A stretch of 63,133 bases of DNA, the filler included, from Vannella sp. (taxonomy: Eukaryota): NCBI GenBank assembly GCA_023345925.1. It is 7 parts of 7 records of this genome, joined end to end, with 100 filler letters (N's around TTAATTAATTAA, not from the genome) between each part and the next. Parts side by side here need not be neighbours in the genome. Positions count along the whole stretch, not along the records: positions 15,496 to 26,950 come from JAJQQN010000393.1; positions 27,051 to 42,047 come from JAJQQN010001041.1; 5 more parts are not named here. The stretch is one strand, 5' to 3'. Shown in pieces: positions 22,264 to 34,789 of this stretch. The notes under the pieces are model-generated. The model was given only the letters and a program-made list of their open reading frames with translations. It did no database searches and was not told where the DNA came from. Position 1 is the first letter of the stretch. Each line of letters begins with the position of its first letter. Made by a program: the position numbers and the translations under genes.

Positions 22264-22301
22264 GGCTCCGGGGGGAATGGCTGCATCAGGGTATTGTCCA
22301 T

Positions 22302-23835
22302 TTATACAGCTTCCGTTTCACATGACTCTCCTGCCGTGTCCGGCTCAAGCAGAGCCGTTTGGGGCTTTGAAAGGGGAACACTCTCGCTGGAGGAGTCCGT
22401 TGAAGGGGCAGGGATCGTGGATGGCTCCGTTGTAGGATCTGTTGGAGCCAAGGACACGTGTTCCGTTGACTGTAAGGGCTGCAAGAAGTCCTGTGGGGCG
22501 GAAGAATAGTTTACGCTTGAACAGCGAAGGGGTTCGGTCGGGGGAGCCTCTAGCTCCTCCTTTTGCCAATCAAAGAAGATGACGATCACGGAGATGTTGT
22601 CCTCGGACTCTCTACGCGCCCCTTCGTCACAATAACATCCAAAAGTAACCGTTAAACTCACCTCGTCGTTGCTGTGTCGATTAAGCTGGCACTAGCTTGT
22701 TCAGGAGTGATGCTTGGGTCCTTCTTAAGCTCTATGATGTGATCCACAGCCTCCTGGAAGGTCAGCTTGTCCCAAAGTCCATCGCTGGAGATGATAGCGA
22801 AAGGATGGTCCACATTCAAGGTCACAGACTTGGTGTACGCTATACTTGATACAAAGTCAGTCTCCTGCGCTGGGTGCTTGTAGTCTCGATCGCCCAGAGC
22901 GCGAGAGATCGACAAGTCGCCAAACACGCGATTCCGAACGACCATTCCCCCTGCAGCGATGATCCTCTTCTTCTCTGTATCCTCTGAGGCTTTGTGTGTC
23001 TCAGAGATGCGAATGGGCTGCGTTAACCCGCTCACTGTCTGAGCTAAGATCATGTGAGAGTCGCCAAGGTTAGCTGCCGTCAGCTTGTTCCCTCGTATGA
23101 CTAGTACAGAAGCACAAGAGCCGTCTTTCCAGTTCTCTGCGATGCTTTGTGTGATGATGAGCTCGTCCTGAGCGCTGATTGTCTCACGAAGGATGATCGC
23201 CATGTCTCCTTCTGGGAAGTCCGAGTGCTCGCACACCATTTGGTGGATGTTACTGCTACATATGTCGGCAGCACGTCGTCCTGCATGACCGTCGAAGACA
23301 GCAAAGTACGAGACAGCGAGATCTTCGCCTTCTTGTCCCTCCAAAAGGTTCTCAATGAGTGTTGTGCGGTCCTCCATGTACTCTCTCTTGCCCTGTGTCT
23401 CGCTACGACCAGCACGAACTGTAAGGACCATGTTTTGAGGCTCTCCCGACAACTCAGCAGCGAGGCTTCCTCCAACGGACTGACTTCGCCTCATCGCCTC
23501 CTACACCAGAGGAAGTGAGCATTTGAGCTGGAGAATAAGGCATAAGAGTGCTACATAGAGCATCTACGCACCTTGATGAGGCTGACGTTGCGGATGTGAA
23601 CAGGAAAGGAGACCTTGACCTTGTCGATCTCCTGCAAAGTGATATCCTCCATGCAGACGTGCAAAGGGATGCCTGGGAAGCTCGTACCCGAGTCTAATAC
23701 CTTCTCTAACTCCTCCTGCTTCTCACTACGTGGTGCAGCAGGCGCACGAAACAGCCCCGACAAGAATCGCTCCATATTGGTCGGGGGCCGAACAGAAATG
23801 GAGCTTTTGCGACCTCCTGTGTGGACGTAAGGCAT
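22302..23835 (-). CDS. Protein phosphatase 2C (PPM family), multi-exon
   Basis: QGKREYMED, FDGHAG, ANLGDS, SRALGD, SDGLWD; DNISVIV in last exon. Confidence 0.88.
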
Positions 23836-23871
23836 CGTGGTGGAGTGAGAAAGAGCGGATGGGTGTATTGA

Positions 23872-25289
23872 TTAAGCTAGCTTATCAATGACGGCCTTGG
23901 TGACCTCGCGGGTGGAGTTACTGCCTCCAATGTCACGAGTTCGGTACGTCTTCTCTTGGATGGTGGAGAAGACCGCATCCTCGATTCGGGAAGCGTACGA
24001 GTTCATCTTAAGATGACGGAGCATCATTACACTCGTGAGGAGAGTGCCGATAGGGTCCGCAACGTTCTTTCCAGAGATGTCGAAACCGACATGACGAGCG
24101 CCCTATTTCCCCCTCTTGTGAGTCTCCAGGGCCTCTCCTTGAGTGGAGAACGTACGGATTCGAACACGGCATGTCCTCGAGTACCAACGTTGGCACCAGC
24201 AACGATTCCTGGTCCTCCAACAAGGCCACTTCCGACGTTCTGAAGGATGGCGCCATAAAGGTTGGGAGTGACGATAACGTCGAACTGGGTGGGTGTCATC
24301 ACCATCTGATAGACATGTTAGTGCCTCTTGCAAGGTGTGGGTGCCACGGGACGGACCTGCATGCAGGCGTTGTCGATGATCATCTCCTCATAGCGGATGG
24401 CGGGGTATTCCTCAGCCACCACTCGGCAGCAAGCAAGGAACTCTCCATCAGAAAGCTTCCTATCTCACGTTGGTCAGTATGGGCCCAAATCAGAGGGCAG
24501 AGAGAGATCGTACATGATGTTGGCCTTGTGGATGGCGGTGACCTTCTGTCGCCCGTTCTCGACGGCATACTGGAAGGCGAAGCGGGCAATACGAAGAGAA
24601 GCAGAGCGGGTGATGACCTTCAAACTCTGTACAACACCAGGAGCGACCATGTGCTCCAAGCCCGAGTACTCGCCCTCGGTGTTCTCGCGAACGACGACAA
24701 AGTCCACGTCTTTGTGGCGTGTCTCCACGCCGGGGATGTTCTTGATGGGTACTACGTTGGCAAACAGATCGATAGCACGACGGATACGCATGTTTCGTGA
24801 GGTAATACCATGCACAGGTGTGAATAGAGGACCTGGAAGTTGAGGAGGTTAATGGCAGGGTTTGTACGTGTGGGAGAAGCTACCTTTGAGTCCTACTCGG
24901 TTGGTAGACAGAGAGATGATGAGGCTTTCAATGTCTAGCTCCTGTAGAGGCGGTGAGGAGGTGTAGACTGGGGATGGCAGTGGACTTACGTTGCCGTGGC
25001 TTCGGAAGCGTTCCCAGGTGATGGGAACATTTGCAGCAGAGAGGACACCGACTACGCTATCCATGAGCTCAGGGCCAACACCATCACCATCAACAAGAGT
25101 AATAATAGGCTTAGAAGAGCTTCCTCCACCCAAGTTGTCCACGGGGAAACCCAAAGAAGACACAGCGCGCGCAGAGGCCTTCCCAAGTCCACCAGTCAAC
25201 TCCCCATCTCTCAACACATCATCCCTCCCTATTCTCACCTGCAAAGCGACCCGACATGACGCAGAAGAGCGAACCAAAGGTGCGAACAT
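23872..25289 (-). CDS. Mitochondrial NAD-dependent isocitrate dehydrogenase, regulatory-type subunit, multi-exon
   Basis: [40 protein letters not shown] lacks the catalytic Asp residues of NLYGDILSD. Confidence 0.88.
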
Positions 25290-25368
25290 CTCGAAGGCAC
25301 CAAAAACAGAGCTCTGGTTCTCCAATTCATAATATTTGTTCTTATTTGATTCATTTCTTGGTGGCCTG

Positions 25369-26671
25369 ATGTTGAGGGTGGGCGGGGTGCATCGAGTGGT
25401 GGGTCATGTGGGTGGCCTGGTGAGCGTGAATGTTCGTTTGTGCAGTGGAGTGGAGAGGTTGGAGGGAGAGACGAGTTATTCTAACGTCACGGAGCACATC
25501 CGGAGTCGGATGAGCCGCCGTTTGCTTCACCAACCTGATCATCCTTTGGCTATCATCAAGGAGAAGATCTTCCACTTCTTTAGAGAAGAGTATCGGCCTA
25601 CAATCCCCTCTGTTGAGGGTTCCAAGCCTGCTCCTTTCGAGTTCTTTGACGATCTCGATCCTGTTGTGACTGTTAGAGACAACTTTGAGGTGCTTTTGAC
25701 CCCTCCAGAGCATCCTTCTCGTCAGAAAGATGAAAGCTACTATTTGAGCGAGGAGAAGTTGCTTCGGTGCCACATGACAGCCCACCAGAGGCCTTTACTG
25801 CTGGAAAAGGACGACCGCCAGGCGGCACTCTTCGCTGGGGATGTGTACAGACGTGACACAGTGGACTCCACTCATTCTCCTATCTTCCACCAACTGGACG
25901 GTGTCAAAGTCTACCGCAATACTGATCTAACTGCCGCCAAAGTGGAGAATACAGAAGCAGGCCGCGCAGTAGCCGTTGCTGAGGACATGAAGAACGCTTT
26001 GGAGAAGATGGCTCTTTCCCTCTTTGGAAAGGATATTCAAATCCGTTGGGTGGACGCTTACTTCCCCTTCACGGAGCCCTCCTGGGAAATGGAAGTTCTC
26101 TTCAACGAAAAGTCGTCTCAAACAGGCCAACAGACGGAATGGTTGGAAGTGATGGGTTGTGGCATTATGCGAAAGGCTATTATGGAGCCCACTCGTCCTG
26201 ACTCCACAGCTTGGGCATTTGGATTGGGCTTGGAGAGGCTGTCAATGATCTTATTCAAGATTCCGGACATCCGCTTGTTCTGGAGCAAAGACCAGCGCTT
26301 CCTCAGTCAATTCAAACAGGGAAAGATCACTCAGTTCTCCAACTTTAGCAAGTACCCACCTTGCTACAAAGACATCACTTTCTGGTAGGTCAAGTCACAC
26401 ATTCGCCTCAGTGGGGTTGACGCGTTGCAGGATTCCCAGTGATTTTACAGACAACACCTTTTGCGAGTTAGTGAGAGGGGAGATTGGCGATGTCATAGAA
26501 AGCGTTGAGTTGCTCGACCACTTCACTCACAGCAAGTCCCAACGTCAGAGCAAATGCTTCCGTTTGAATTATCGCTCCATGGAGCGCTCTCTCGTCAATG
26601 AGGAAGTCAACATTATGCAAGAGAACATCCGCCGTCTGGTCGTCGACCAGCTTGGTGTTGAACTTAGATAA
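25369..26671 (+). CDS. FARS2: Mitochondrial phenylalanyl-tRNA synthetase (intron about 26386-26430)
   Basis: GDVYRRD, FHQLDG, AYFPFTEPSWE, WAFGLGLERL, IPDIRLFWS; C-terminal anticodon-binding domain ending VELR. Confidence 0.93.
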
Positions 26672-26950
26672 TAGAAAACACCAATTCTGCCATTTCAAAT
26701 TTAGAACAAAAACGAGTTCCCCGCGAGTTTTCGTCTTTGACCAAAAATGGAGACGAAATCAATGCTTCTTAGAACATTGCCAGAATCGATCCGATCGATC
26801 TTCATCTTCAACGAACAGTCCAAGAATTTTCTTAACCCGGAACACCCGCACTCGGTGTTTTCAGAACTGATCATTCTTTCAAAGATACAGTCCAATGCAA
26901 GCTAAAGCCAACGCCATCATCATTCTGGACATGCCAGCAAGCTTCCGATT

Positions 26951-27050
26951 NNNNNNNNNNNNNNNNNNNNNNNNNNNNNNNNNNNNNNNNNNNNTTAATT
27001 AATTAANNNNNNNNNNNNNNNNNNNNNNNNNNNNNNNNNNNNNNNNNNNN
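26951..27050. other. Artificial contig linker
   Basis: N/TTAATTAATTAA/N. Confidence 0.97.
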
Positions 27051-27051
27051 G

Positions 27052-27219
27052 TCCAAGTTCATCAAGCAAGGCAAGTACGAGACCCGCACCATCTTCGAGT
27101 CCCTCGACATTGCCTGGGCTCTCCTCCGTACCTTCCCTCGTGAGGCCCTCAAGAACATCGCCCCCAAGATCATCGCTGAGTTCTACAACCGTGAGAGAGC
27201 CGAGAAGCGCGACGCCTAA
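27052..27219 (+). CDS. V-type ATPase subunit B, C-terminal fragment
   Basis: Manual translation [36 protein letters not shown]...EFY. Confidence 0.88.
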   Translation, partial: SKFIKQGKYETRTIFESLDIAWALLRTFPREALKNIAPKIIAEFYNRERAEKRDA

Positions 27220-27369
27220 GACTCTTCTTTTCGCCACTAAATCCATCCCTCGTCTCTTCCCATGGGCATTCCATTCAAAAATATCGATTTTCCACACCAA
27301 CTGACTCTTCTGCTTCAAAAGTAAGCCAATGGAAGGTGACGGGCGTAAACTGTCTGTTTCGGCATTATC

Positions 27370-29282
27370 ATGTTCCTCACTGGGGTCGACGTCCTCTTTG
27401 ACCTGGTGGCGGCAACGTATAAGAGTGAGGAAGATGGGCGCAGTGAGATATCCCAGCAGGTGATGAGACGGGAGTCGGAGGACCACTCTAAAGTGGAGGA
27501 CATCGTTCGTTTGCCCCTCAAACTGCCGTTTCCTTCTTTGCCTCTGCGTCGCGCGCATGAGCTCGAGTCTAAGCATACGTTACGTGTCACAGGGCCAGAT
27601 GGTAACGTAGGTAGACCCTCTTTTGCTCTTGAATCTCGCTAAGAAGAGGATAGGAAGGGCCCATCAAGGTCGAGGGCGATTTACTTTGCGGGCGCGCGAC
27701 CAGCACTTACCCCATGGTCACTGTGGGTCAAGAAACAGGCAAGGAGTTCACTTATCGTGATGGAGACCCTATTTGCGACCGATTCCTGGTCGAGATGCAC
27801 CCCCGACGCGCCATCGCCTTGGTGGCAGACGGCTGCAACTGGGGAGAGAAGCCATGCAAAGCCGCACGTAGAGCAAGTGACTCATTTGCGGACTATATTG
27901 CAGCACATCAAGCAGAGGCCACGAACACGCATTACATCGCGCGCTTGATCACGCGTGCCTTCTCCCTGGCACACCACAGCATCCTGGAGGGCGCTGCAGA
28001 TCTATGGGATGTAGGGACGACCACCCTCTTGGGTGGAGTACTTGTACAGCTCGCAGAGCCATTGCTGGAGGACAGAAATGGTGTCATCGTTGAATGCAAG
28101 TGGGCGTACGTGTGGGGCTCTGTTGGAGATTGCAAAGGATTCCATTACTCTGTCAAGCACAACACCTTCCGAGACATAACATCAGCCAACCGCCTGGGCT
28201 CACAGTCAGCTCGGGATTGCGGAGGGCGTCTTGGTCCTGCTGGGTGAGGAAGACCTTCTCTGCTTCGCTCATCAACTCACTCTTCTTCTAGAGCTGAGGG
28301 GCAGCCTGATTTAAGGAACTTCCGCCTTGATCTAACACCGTGTGATGAAGGAGACATCCTCATTCTTGTCAGTGACGGAGTTCACGATAACTTGGAACCC
28401 GTCTCCATCGGGATGGAGCCTCACGAAGTTGGGCTTTCACAAGCTACGTGGGAGGAGATTGATGCTCAAAAGAGAGGCGAGATAGCAGCAGAGTACAGCA
28501 TCTTCCTTTTGAATAACTTGGTCTTTGGGAAGGCCAACGGGGTACAAGAGGATCCTATCATTCATCCTTTGCATCCCGAGTGGAAGGAATGGAAGCTGCC
28601 CCCTTTAGAACTCTTTACTGACCAGGATGACCCTAACGACCTTCTTTTGTCCCAAGACGAAATCTCTTGCTCGAAGATTGTCCAACGGCTAGTGAACCAT
28701 TGCAATGCTACGAACAGAAACGCGGCAACGTTTATGCAGGAGAATCCATCGAAAAAGCTCCCAAAGGATTACAGGCAGTATCCAGGGAAGATGGACCACA
28801 CCACTTGTGTGGCCATGAGGGTTCAACAACATCCTGAGCTACTCGAACGCTTCCGCCAGGAGCGAACTGAGATATTGAGCAAGCAAAAAAACAGTGCCAA
28901 CCACGTTTTGGCCCTTTCTTCTGATTCGATAGAATTGGATGGATTAAGCAGCACAGATCAGCAGACTTCTCTGGAAAAACCAACTCGGCACTTCCTCAGC
29001 TCAAAGAAGCCCGGTGACCGCACCCAACTCCGAGTATCACGGTCCTATGAGACCATTCCCGGTGTCACTGAATTACGCCTTGCTAACCTCTCTTCAAAGG
29101 CCGAGCCCAGCCAAAGCTGCAAGTCAAAGTTGCTTTTCATTTCCAACATGGACGGAAGGGATGTTGATGTCCGTTCTCTGGTTCAGGAAGCTCGCCAAGA
29201 GGGAGATGATATCCATCCGTTGGTTCAGGAGACTCACCAAAAGGAGGAAGAAGAAGCCGACGAAGCGGGTACGAAAGGATAA
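27370..29282 (+). CDS. PP2C-like domain protein (Drosophila CG9801-like), multi-exon
   Basis: STYP, GDPICD, VADGCNWG, GTTTL, SVGD, SDGVHDN, GKMDHTT; two short introns restore frame. Confidence 0.8.
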
Positions 29283-29308
29283 ACCAACTCCTTTTTATGT
29301 GACGTATT

Positions 29309-32300
29309 CTAATCCGTATTCCGATACTTCTGGAGATGCGCATCTGCTGAGGAGCGGCGACGAAGGCGGGGATGGAAGCTGGCAGTGGGGCCTTCGATTT
29401 GATCCTCGGGAGTGTCAACCGTCCGAGTATGGGATGCGTTGAGGCGCCACTTTGCAATCTCCTCTTGAGCGCAAACATATCCTGCAGCGAATATTTCATC
29501 AAACTTGTGGAAATCTAACGTTCCGAAGGTGGTGATGGCTGGGCGAAGGTACAAACACTGCTTTTGTTGTTTGACCATTTCAAGGGAGGCCTCGCTGGAC
29601 ACGTAGGCGAGTTGGGCTTGGATGTCACTTAAGTTTGGGACCTTGACTCGCTTTACAAAGGGCCACCACTTGTTCCAAAGGAGCCACCAACCCGAAAGGG
29701 AATCCCCGTAGTTGTGATAGTCTGTGTCTACCTCGCCTCCGACATCCACTGCTATGATGGTGTTGATGCCCATGGAGTGCATTATGTCGGCCGGAAGGTT
29801 ATTGGTGTACCCTCCATCCACCAAAAGGCTTCCATTCTCGTCACAAAGGGGAGGAACGAAGCCAACCAAAGACATACTCGCTCGTACATAACGCCACAAA
29901 GTGCCTTCTCGATGGATCATCATCTTAGAGTGAGTGATGTTAGTAGATATCGCAAAGTAGTTGATCCGCAGGTCCTCCAAAAGGGCTCCTTTCAAGCTTT
30001 GCTTAAGAACATCATTCAGTCCTGCCCCTGAAAAGAAAGAGACTCGGGGCCAGGTTAGGTCCAGTGCTTGGGCCCATTTGTCACTCATGCGCCTTGCAAT
30101 TCCTTTGGCCTTGCTTAGCACGTTGATGTAATCTGGTTCTCGTGCATACAAGGCCCCCATTAACGAACCGATGGAGGTGCCTCCAACCATATCTATTGGA
30201 ATGCCAGCTTCTTCTAAAGCTTGAATGACACCCACATGAGCACATCCGCGAGCGCCACCACCCCCAAGAACAAGTCCAATTGCTTTGCCAGTCAAAAGCC
30301 TTGCCATCCGGGCGACATCATCTTTGGGATTGAGATGACCAAACAAAGGAATCTGACTGGAACTGTGACGACGGGGCTGGATTCTTCTCCACACAGAGCC
30401 CGCTCCTCTCTTCACAGCCCCAAGTGTGGAGTTGAGTCCGCGACTTCCTCTCAAGTGACTTCTTGGGGGAAGATTTGGCTTGGATGTTAAATCTGTGGAT
30501 GGATGGCGTTCTTTGTACCCCATTACGTGATGGCAGGCGTGCAACCATCCTCTCCGGAGACTGAGCCAGTTGGCAGTGCCGCTGGGGTAGTGGGGGTGCT
30601 CATGGAGTAGAACCAACTCCTTCCTGGCAGCAATGGAGGAGTTCTGGAGGAGATATTTCTCCAACTCACTTATCTCATAACTGCTGAAGCTATTAGCAAC
30701 GACTAGAATGCAGTCAGCCTGTCGCAAACAGCGTTTGGTCCAAGCAGAGAGATTCCCGTCACATTCGAAGACGACAATCCGATAGAGCTCTTCCATTTCT
30801 CCCATCCAGCGCGTCAAAGAAGCTTCTGAGATATCAGTGAAGCTGTCCTTTCCCACTCCTCGCAAAGCATCGCGCTTTCCAAGATGAATTGCCGTGTTCA
30901 TCGATTGAAGTTCGGCAGCCAATCGTGCACAAAGAGAAGTAATGGGGGTTTCGGGATGAATACCAAGTACAGCGATCGTACTAAGACTGGATTGGTCAGG
31001 ATTATCGTACGAATGCATTTGCTTCCGCCAAGACTCGCCGATGATCTGGCTGAAACGGACCACAACGTCCGGGAACTTGCGAATGAAGATCTTGAAAAGC
31101 CTGTTACTGATGAGAGCCAGCTCGGTATCCCGAACTGCAAGCATCGAGGTGGCGAAGGCGGTTTCTGTGAGGACTTCCATGGCCCCAAAGCTGTCCCCTC
31201 GACCATATTCAGCGATAACTTTGCCTTGGAAGCTCGCATCCCCAATAGTAAAGAGCTCATTTTCGCCAGCAAGCTTTTGCTTGAACTTTTCTTGGGAAGA
31301 TTGCTCTCTGATAGCTCGCACTCTCCCACTTAAGACCACGTACATTCCTTTGGGCGTTTGTCCGTGTCCACAAACCAGCTCACCAGCATGGCATTGTTCC
31401 CATTCCACTGCATAGTCGATGATCTTGACCACAGGAGCAAGCTGTAGGTAGATCATATTCACCATTCGGTTCATTATCGTCGGGTTTCGGAGCACGAGAG
31501 TGTCAAAAGTGTCCTTCCTTAGCTTCCCCAAGACCACTGGATCATTCAATTGCACATCTAGCGCACCTTTCCTGGCCCCCGATGCCAGAACCCGATAATA
31601 AAAGTCCCCTGTCACCACGGCCAATTGCCCCACCAAGTCACCTTCCTCGGCTCGGTAAAGGAGATGCTCGTCGTCATTGATGAGCTCCAATTGGTCGTCC
31701 TTGGTGCTGAGGTGGTTGTCGTCATGCAGATAAATGTCCAATTGACCTCGAATAAGGAAGTACAATGCCGGTTCGCAGGCCTCATTGCGGGTTCCTGAGG
31801 CATTCTTTGTACTTCCCACTCTAGCAAAAGGATCTGGAGGTGCCATGACGATGCTACCAGGGCTGTGACGCTCGATATGAAGATTCTGGCGGAGTTGCTC
31901 CAAGTTATCTTCGTCACGGAGACCCAGCAGGCGACAGAACCCTTGGAATGCTGTCTCGAAGTCGTATGAGAGCTGTTTCTTCTTGTCTGTGAAGCTCTCT
32001 CTCAAGCGGCCTTTGAGATACCGTCGACGGACGAGTGGCTTGGAGGAATGTTCTTCTTGCATGAGCTGCCTGGTCAGCCCAAAGTACTTGTTCATGGTCA
32101 ATAGAGTAACTCTCTGTAGTCTTGTGCAGATAGAGCGAGTGAGACGTGTCACAGCGACTGGAAACTTCTCCAAAAGCTCTTGGAAGATGATCAACGGGAT
32201 CTCAGCCAGAAGTGTCTCCTTCAGAGCTATAGCTGTGACTAGATCCTCCCCAACAGTAACACTGTCAACCTCAGGAGGCTCTTGGTCGCCTTCCTCCAGA

Positions 32301-33043
32301 GGGACACCGAGTTCGTCGTCCCATATCTTCTGAGCGAGCCTTTTTCGCTGTCCTGGAGTGGCTGGAGCGATTGTTTCATGTGCCTGTGCTTGTATAGGAG
32401 CAATGAGCGACTCCAGGATGCTTAGAATGGACGAAACAGTCTGTCCTCCGCGGGCAATGGAGAGAAGTTCCCGTACCGGCTCCTTTGTTGATCCTTGGCG
32501 AGTGGAAGAGCTCTCTGCAAGTTCTACAGATACCTCTACTTCTCCACGAACGACAACAAGGAGACTTAGGTCATCCACGTAGCGCTTAGAGACTGGATCT
32601 CGCCCAAAGATGACTTCTCCTGGTTGGTACGTGCTCAGCTTTGCGTTCTTAGCGATCTCCTCAATAAGAGAGCTTTCCACAGACTGGAACAACCGAACAG
32701 AGCGGATGATAGAGACTAAATCGACCTCATTCGGGAGCTTCTCAGTGTCTTGCAGTCGGGCGGCATTGCGGATCTCCTTCATGAGCTCTTGTTCAGCGAG
32801 ACCACGGTAGATTGCTCGGTATTCGAGAGCTGTAGTCGTATTGACTGCTGGAGCGTGGAGCTTGTCCTTCTTCTCCTTGATCTCCACGAGCTTCTTTCTG
32901 GTGCGGGCGAATACTCGTTGTACCACCGCCAGACCCAACGCTACAAGTACAGGTAGAGACCATGGTACCCATCGCATCACATACACCAGTCCATCCCACG
33001 CCATCTCCCCAGTGCCTTGCAAGAAGAGCCACACTCCCTCCAT
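29309..33043 (-). CDS. NTE1: Neuropathy target esterase / lysophospholipase (cNMP-binding domains plus patatin)
   Basis: N-terminal TM, cNMP-like domains (EYGRGD), patatin GGGGARG, GTSIG, DGGY. Confidence 0.92.
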   Translation of the reverse strand: MEGVWLFLQGTGEMAWDGLVYVMRWVPWSLPVLVALGLAVVQRVFARTRKKLVEIKEKKDKLHAPAVNTTTALEYRAIYRGLAEQELMKEIRNAARLQDTEKLPNEVDLVSIIRSVRLFQSVESSLIEEIAKNAKLSTYQPGEVIFGRDPVSKRYVDDLSLLVVVRGEVEVSVELAESSSTRQGSTKEPVRELLSIARGGQTVSSILSILESLIAPIQAQAHETIAPATPGQRKRLAQKIWDDELGVPLEEGDQEPPEVDSVTVGEDLVTAIALKETLLAEIPLIIFQELLEKFPVAVTRLTRSICTRLQRVTLLTMNKYFGLTRQLMQEEHSSKPLVRRRYLKGRLRESFTDKKKQLSYDFETAFQGFCRLLGLRDEDNLEQLRQNLHIERHSPGSIVMAPPDPFARVGSTKNASGTRNEACEPALYFLIRGQLDIYLHDDNHLSTKDDQLELINDDEHLLYRAEEGDLVGQLAVVTGDFYYRVLASGARKGALDVQLNDPVVLGKLRKDTFDTLVLRNPTIMNRMVNMIYLQLAPVVKIIDYAVEWEQCHAGELVCGHGQTPKGMYVVLSGRVRAIREQSSQEKFKQKLAGENELFTIGDASFQGKVIAEYGRGDSFGAMEVLTETAFATSMLAVRDTELALISNRLFKIFIRKFPDVVVRFSQIIGESWRKQMHSYDNPDQSSLSTIAVLGIHPETPITSLCARLAAELQSMNTAIHLGKRDALRGVGKDSFTDISEASLTRWMGEMEELYRIVVFECDGNLSAWTKRCLRQADCILVVANSFSSYEISELEKYLLQNSSIAARKELVLLHEHPHYPSGTANWLSLRRGWLHACHHVMGYKERHPSTDLTSKPNLPPRSHLRGSRGLNSTLGAVKRGAGSVWRRIQPRRHSSSQIPLFGHLNPKDDVARMARLLTGKAIGLVLGGGGARGCAHVGVIQALEEAGIPIDMVGGTSIGSLMGALYAREPDYINVLSKAKGIARRMSDKWAQALDLTWPRVSFFSGAGLNDVLKQSLKGALLEDLRINYFAISTNITHSKMMIHREGTLWRYVRASMSLVGFVPPLCDENGSLLVDGGYTNNLPADIMHSMGINTIIAVDVGGEVDTDYHNYGDSLSGWWLLWNKWWPFVKRVKVPNLSDIQAQLAYVSSEASLEMVKQQKQCLYLRPAITTFGTLDFHKFDEIFAAGYVCAQEEIAKWRLNASHTRTVDTPEDQIEGPTASFHPRLRRRSSADAHLQKYRNTD

Positions 33044-33187
33044 CACGGCAGCCCCCCAAGAAATGCCGCTTCCCAACCGCCTGAAAGTGACTCATGTATA
33101 CACTAGAGTGCTCTTCAAGTGAGCTAACTCTCTTTACTGGGTTCCTTGGGACCTGGGAGAGGGAGGGAGAGAAAGTGTGAGAATGAA

Positions 33188-34753
33188 TTACCACATAAAG
33201 CGTCCTTTTGTCCCGTCTGGGAGAGGAAAGGGGCGGTAGAGGAAGATGTAAACAAGGAGACAGTTGAGTACAAAGTATCCCGCAAGTTCCAGGTACCAAG
33301 CAAAGCGGAAGAGGGACTGTTTGCACGTAGGCGGCGGAGTGTGGGCCATAAGGAGGACTACGGGAGTGATAAAGTAGCGAAACTCTAACAGTTCAGAAGG
33401 AACAAGAGATGCACAAACACACAGGAAGAACTGTAATCGCCACAATCTTGTCTCACGAACTAATTGACATTCCCAGATTCAGTGGGAGAGAGACTTTCAG
33501 AAACCGCTTACCCAAGCACCTTTGGAGGATCACTATCCAAGAAATAACATAAATAGGCGCCAGTGCTTCCCTCCATAGAGGTCGATTCCATAGGAAGCGC
33601 CTCCAGACGTAGAACGAGAAGTGACGGTTATCAGATAGAAGGTAAAGATGCTCGTATCTTCCTCTCAAGTCAGTCTCCTTTCACCTTAAGTTGATAGAAA
33701 GGAACATACGTATAGTGGCGAATCAGATAGCCGCTGACGAGTGAGAGAAAGAGAATGCTCAGTAAGTTCAGCCAAGACAGAGCCCCTTTCGTGTGAGTTA
33801 GCCACAGAAGAAGAGTGCTGGGATGGAAAGCGATGAACAAGGCTGCAAAGTAGAGTGGCTGGCTTGCATGGAAGACTAAAGAGTGCGCTTGGTGGTCTCC
33901 CATAGAGAGAGAGCCTCCATTGATCACTGCAACGAAGAAGACACAATACGCCCCCACAAGCACGTAGGGCAGCACAACCCGTCTGAGTGTCAGGAATCTA
34001 AGAGAGCATAGCTCTTTCATGAGTTGGAGTAGGTCTTCTGCTGTCCTGGACGCCTCTTGAAGGAGAGAGAAGGCGATGGAGGTGCTTCGACTTTGTTTGG
34101 GTGCGAGCTCTCGCTCAAGGCTCGTGCAGAGGACGAACAAGAGCCAAATGAAGTTTGTCTGTCTGATGGAAATGGCAAAGAAGCCAAGCTACGCTCTGTT
34201 AGCCGGGTTCAAAGCTCACTTTGTCTGTTTACCATTGCACTAAGGATGTAGCGTTGGCGGAGGGCTTCCAGGTGCATCCACAATACAAAGAGAGTCGAGG
34301 GGACTTCGTTGTAGAAGAGAAACTGGAAGAACCACAACAGAGGGAACGCCCACATCCGAAGTCCACTTAGGGAAGCTTGGGATGCTCCGTGCAGGACTGT
34401 GTGGAGCTTTGTGAAGATGTAGAGTGAAAGGAGAGATAAGGGAAGCATCATGAACCGGCAGAAGTGGATGGTACACGCTTCTGAGAGACCAAAAGGAGCC
34501 AAAAGAGTGTGAGAGAGCCAAACGATGTAGTAGATGCCTGGGCCCGTGCTGATCTTATCATTCCAACCTGTTTCACCTTGGCACCAACGGGAAGTGACGT
34601 CCCAGTGGAACACTTCGTCCTGAAGACTTGAATCAACACACCAACCCCTCTCTCCTTCCAGGACCTCACCATGTACGCCTCCTCCACCACATCTTGCCAC
34701 AGAGTGGCGACAATGCTAATGGTAAGCGCTACCGCGACCCACCAAGCAGCCAT
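33188..34753 (-). CDS. ALG10: Dol-P-Glc alpha-1,2-glucosyltransferase, multi-exon
   Basis: YM|DEVFH, WNDKISTGPG, RQTN, GDHQAH, LSDNRHFSFYVW, LLEFRYF, terminal RFMW. Confidence 0.9.
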
Positions 34754-34789
34754 GCGCTCAATCCCGCCCAATTGAGAATCATTTTGCCA

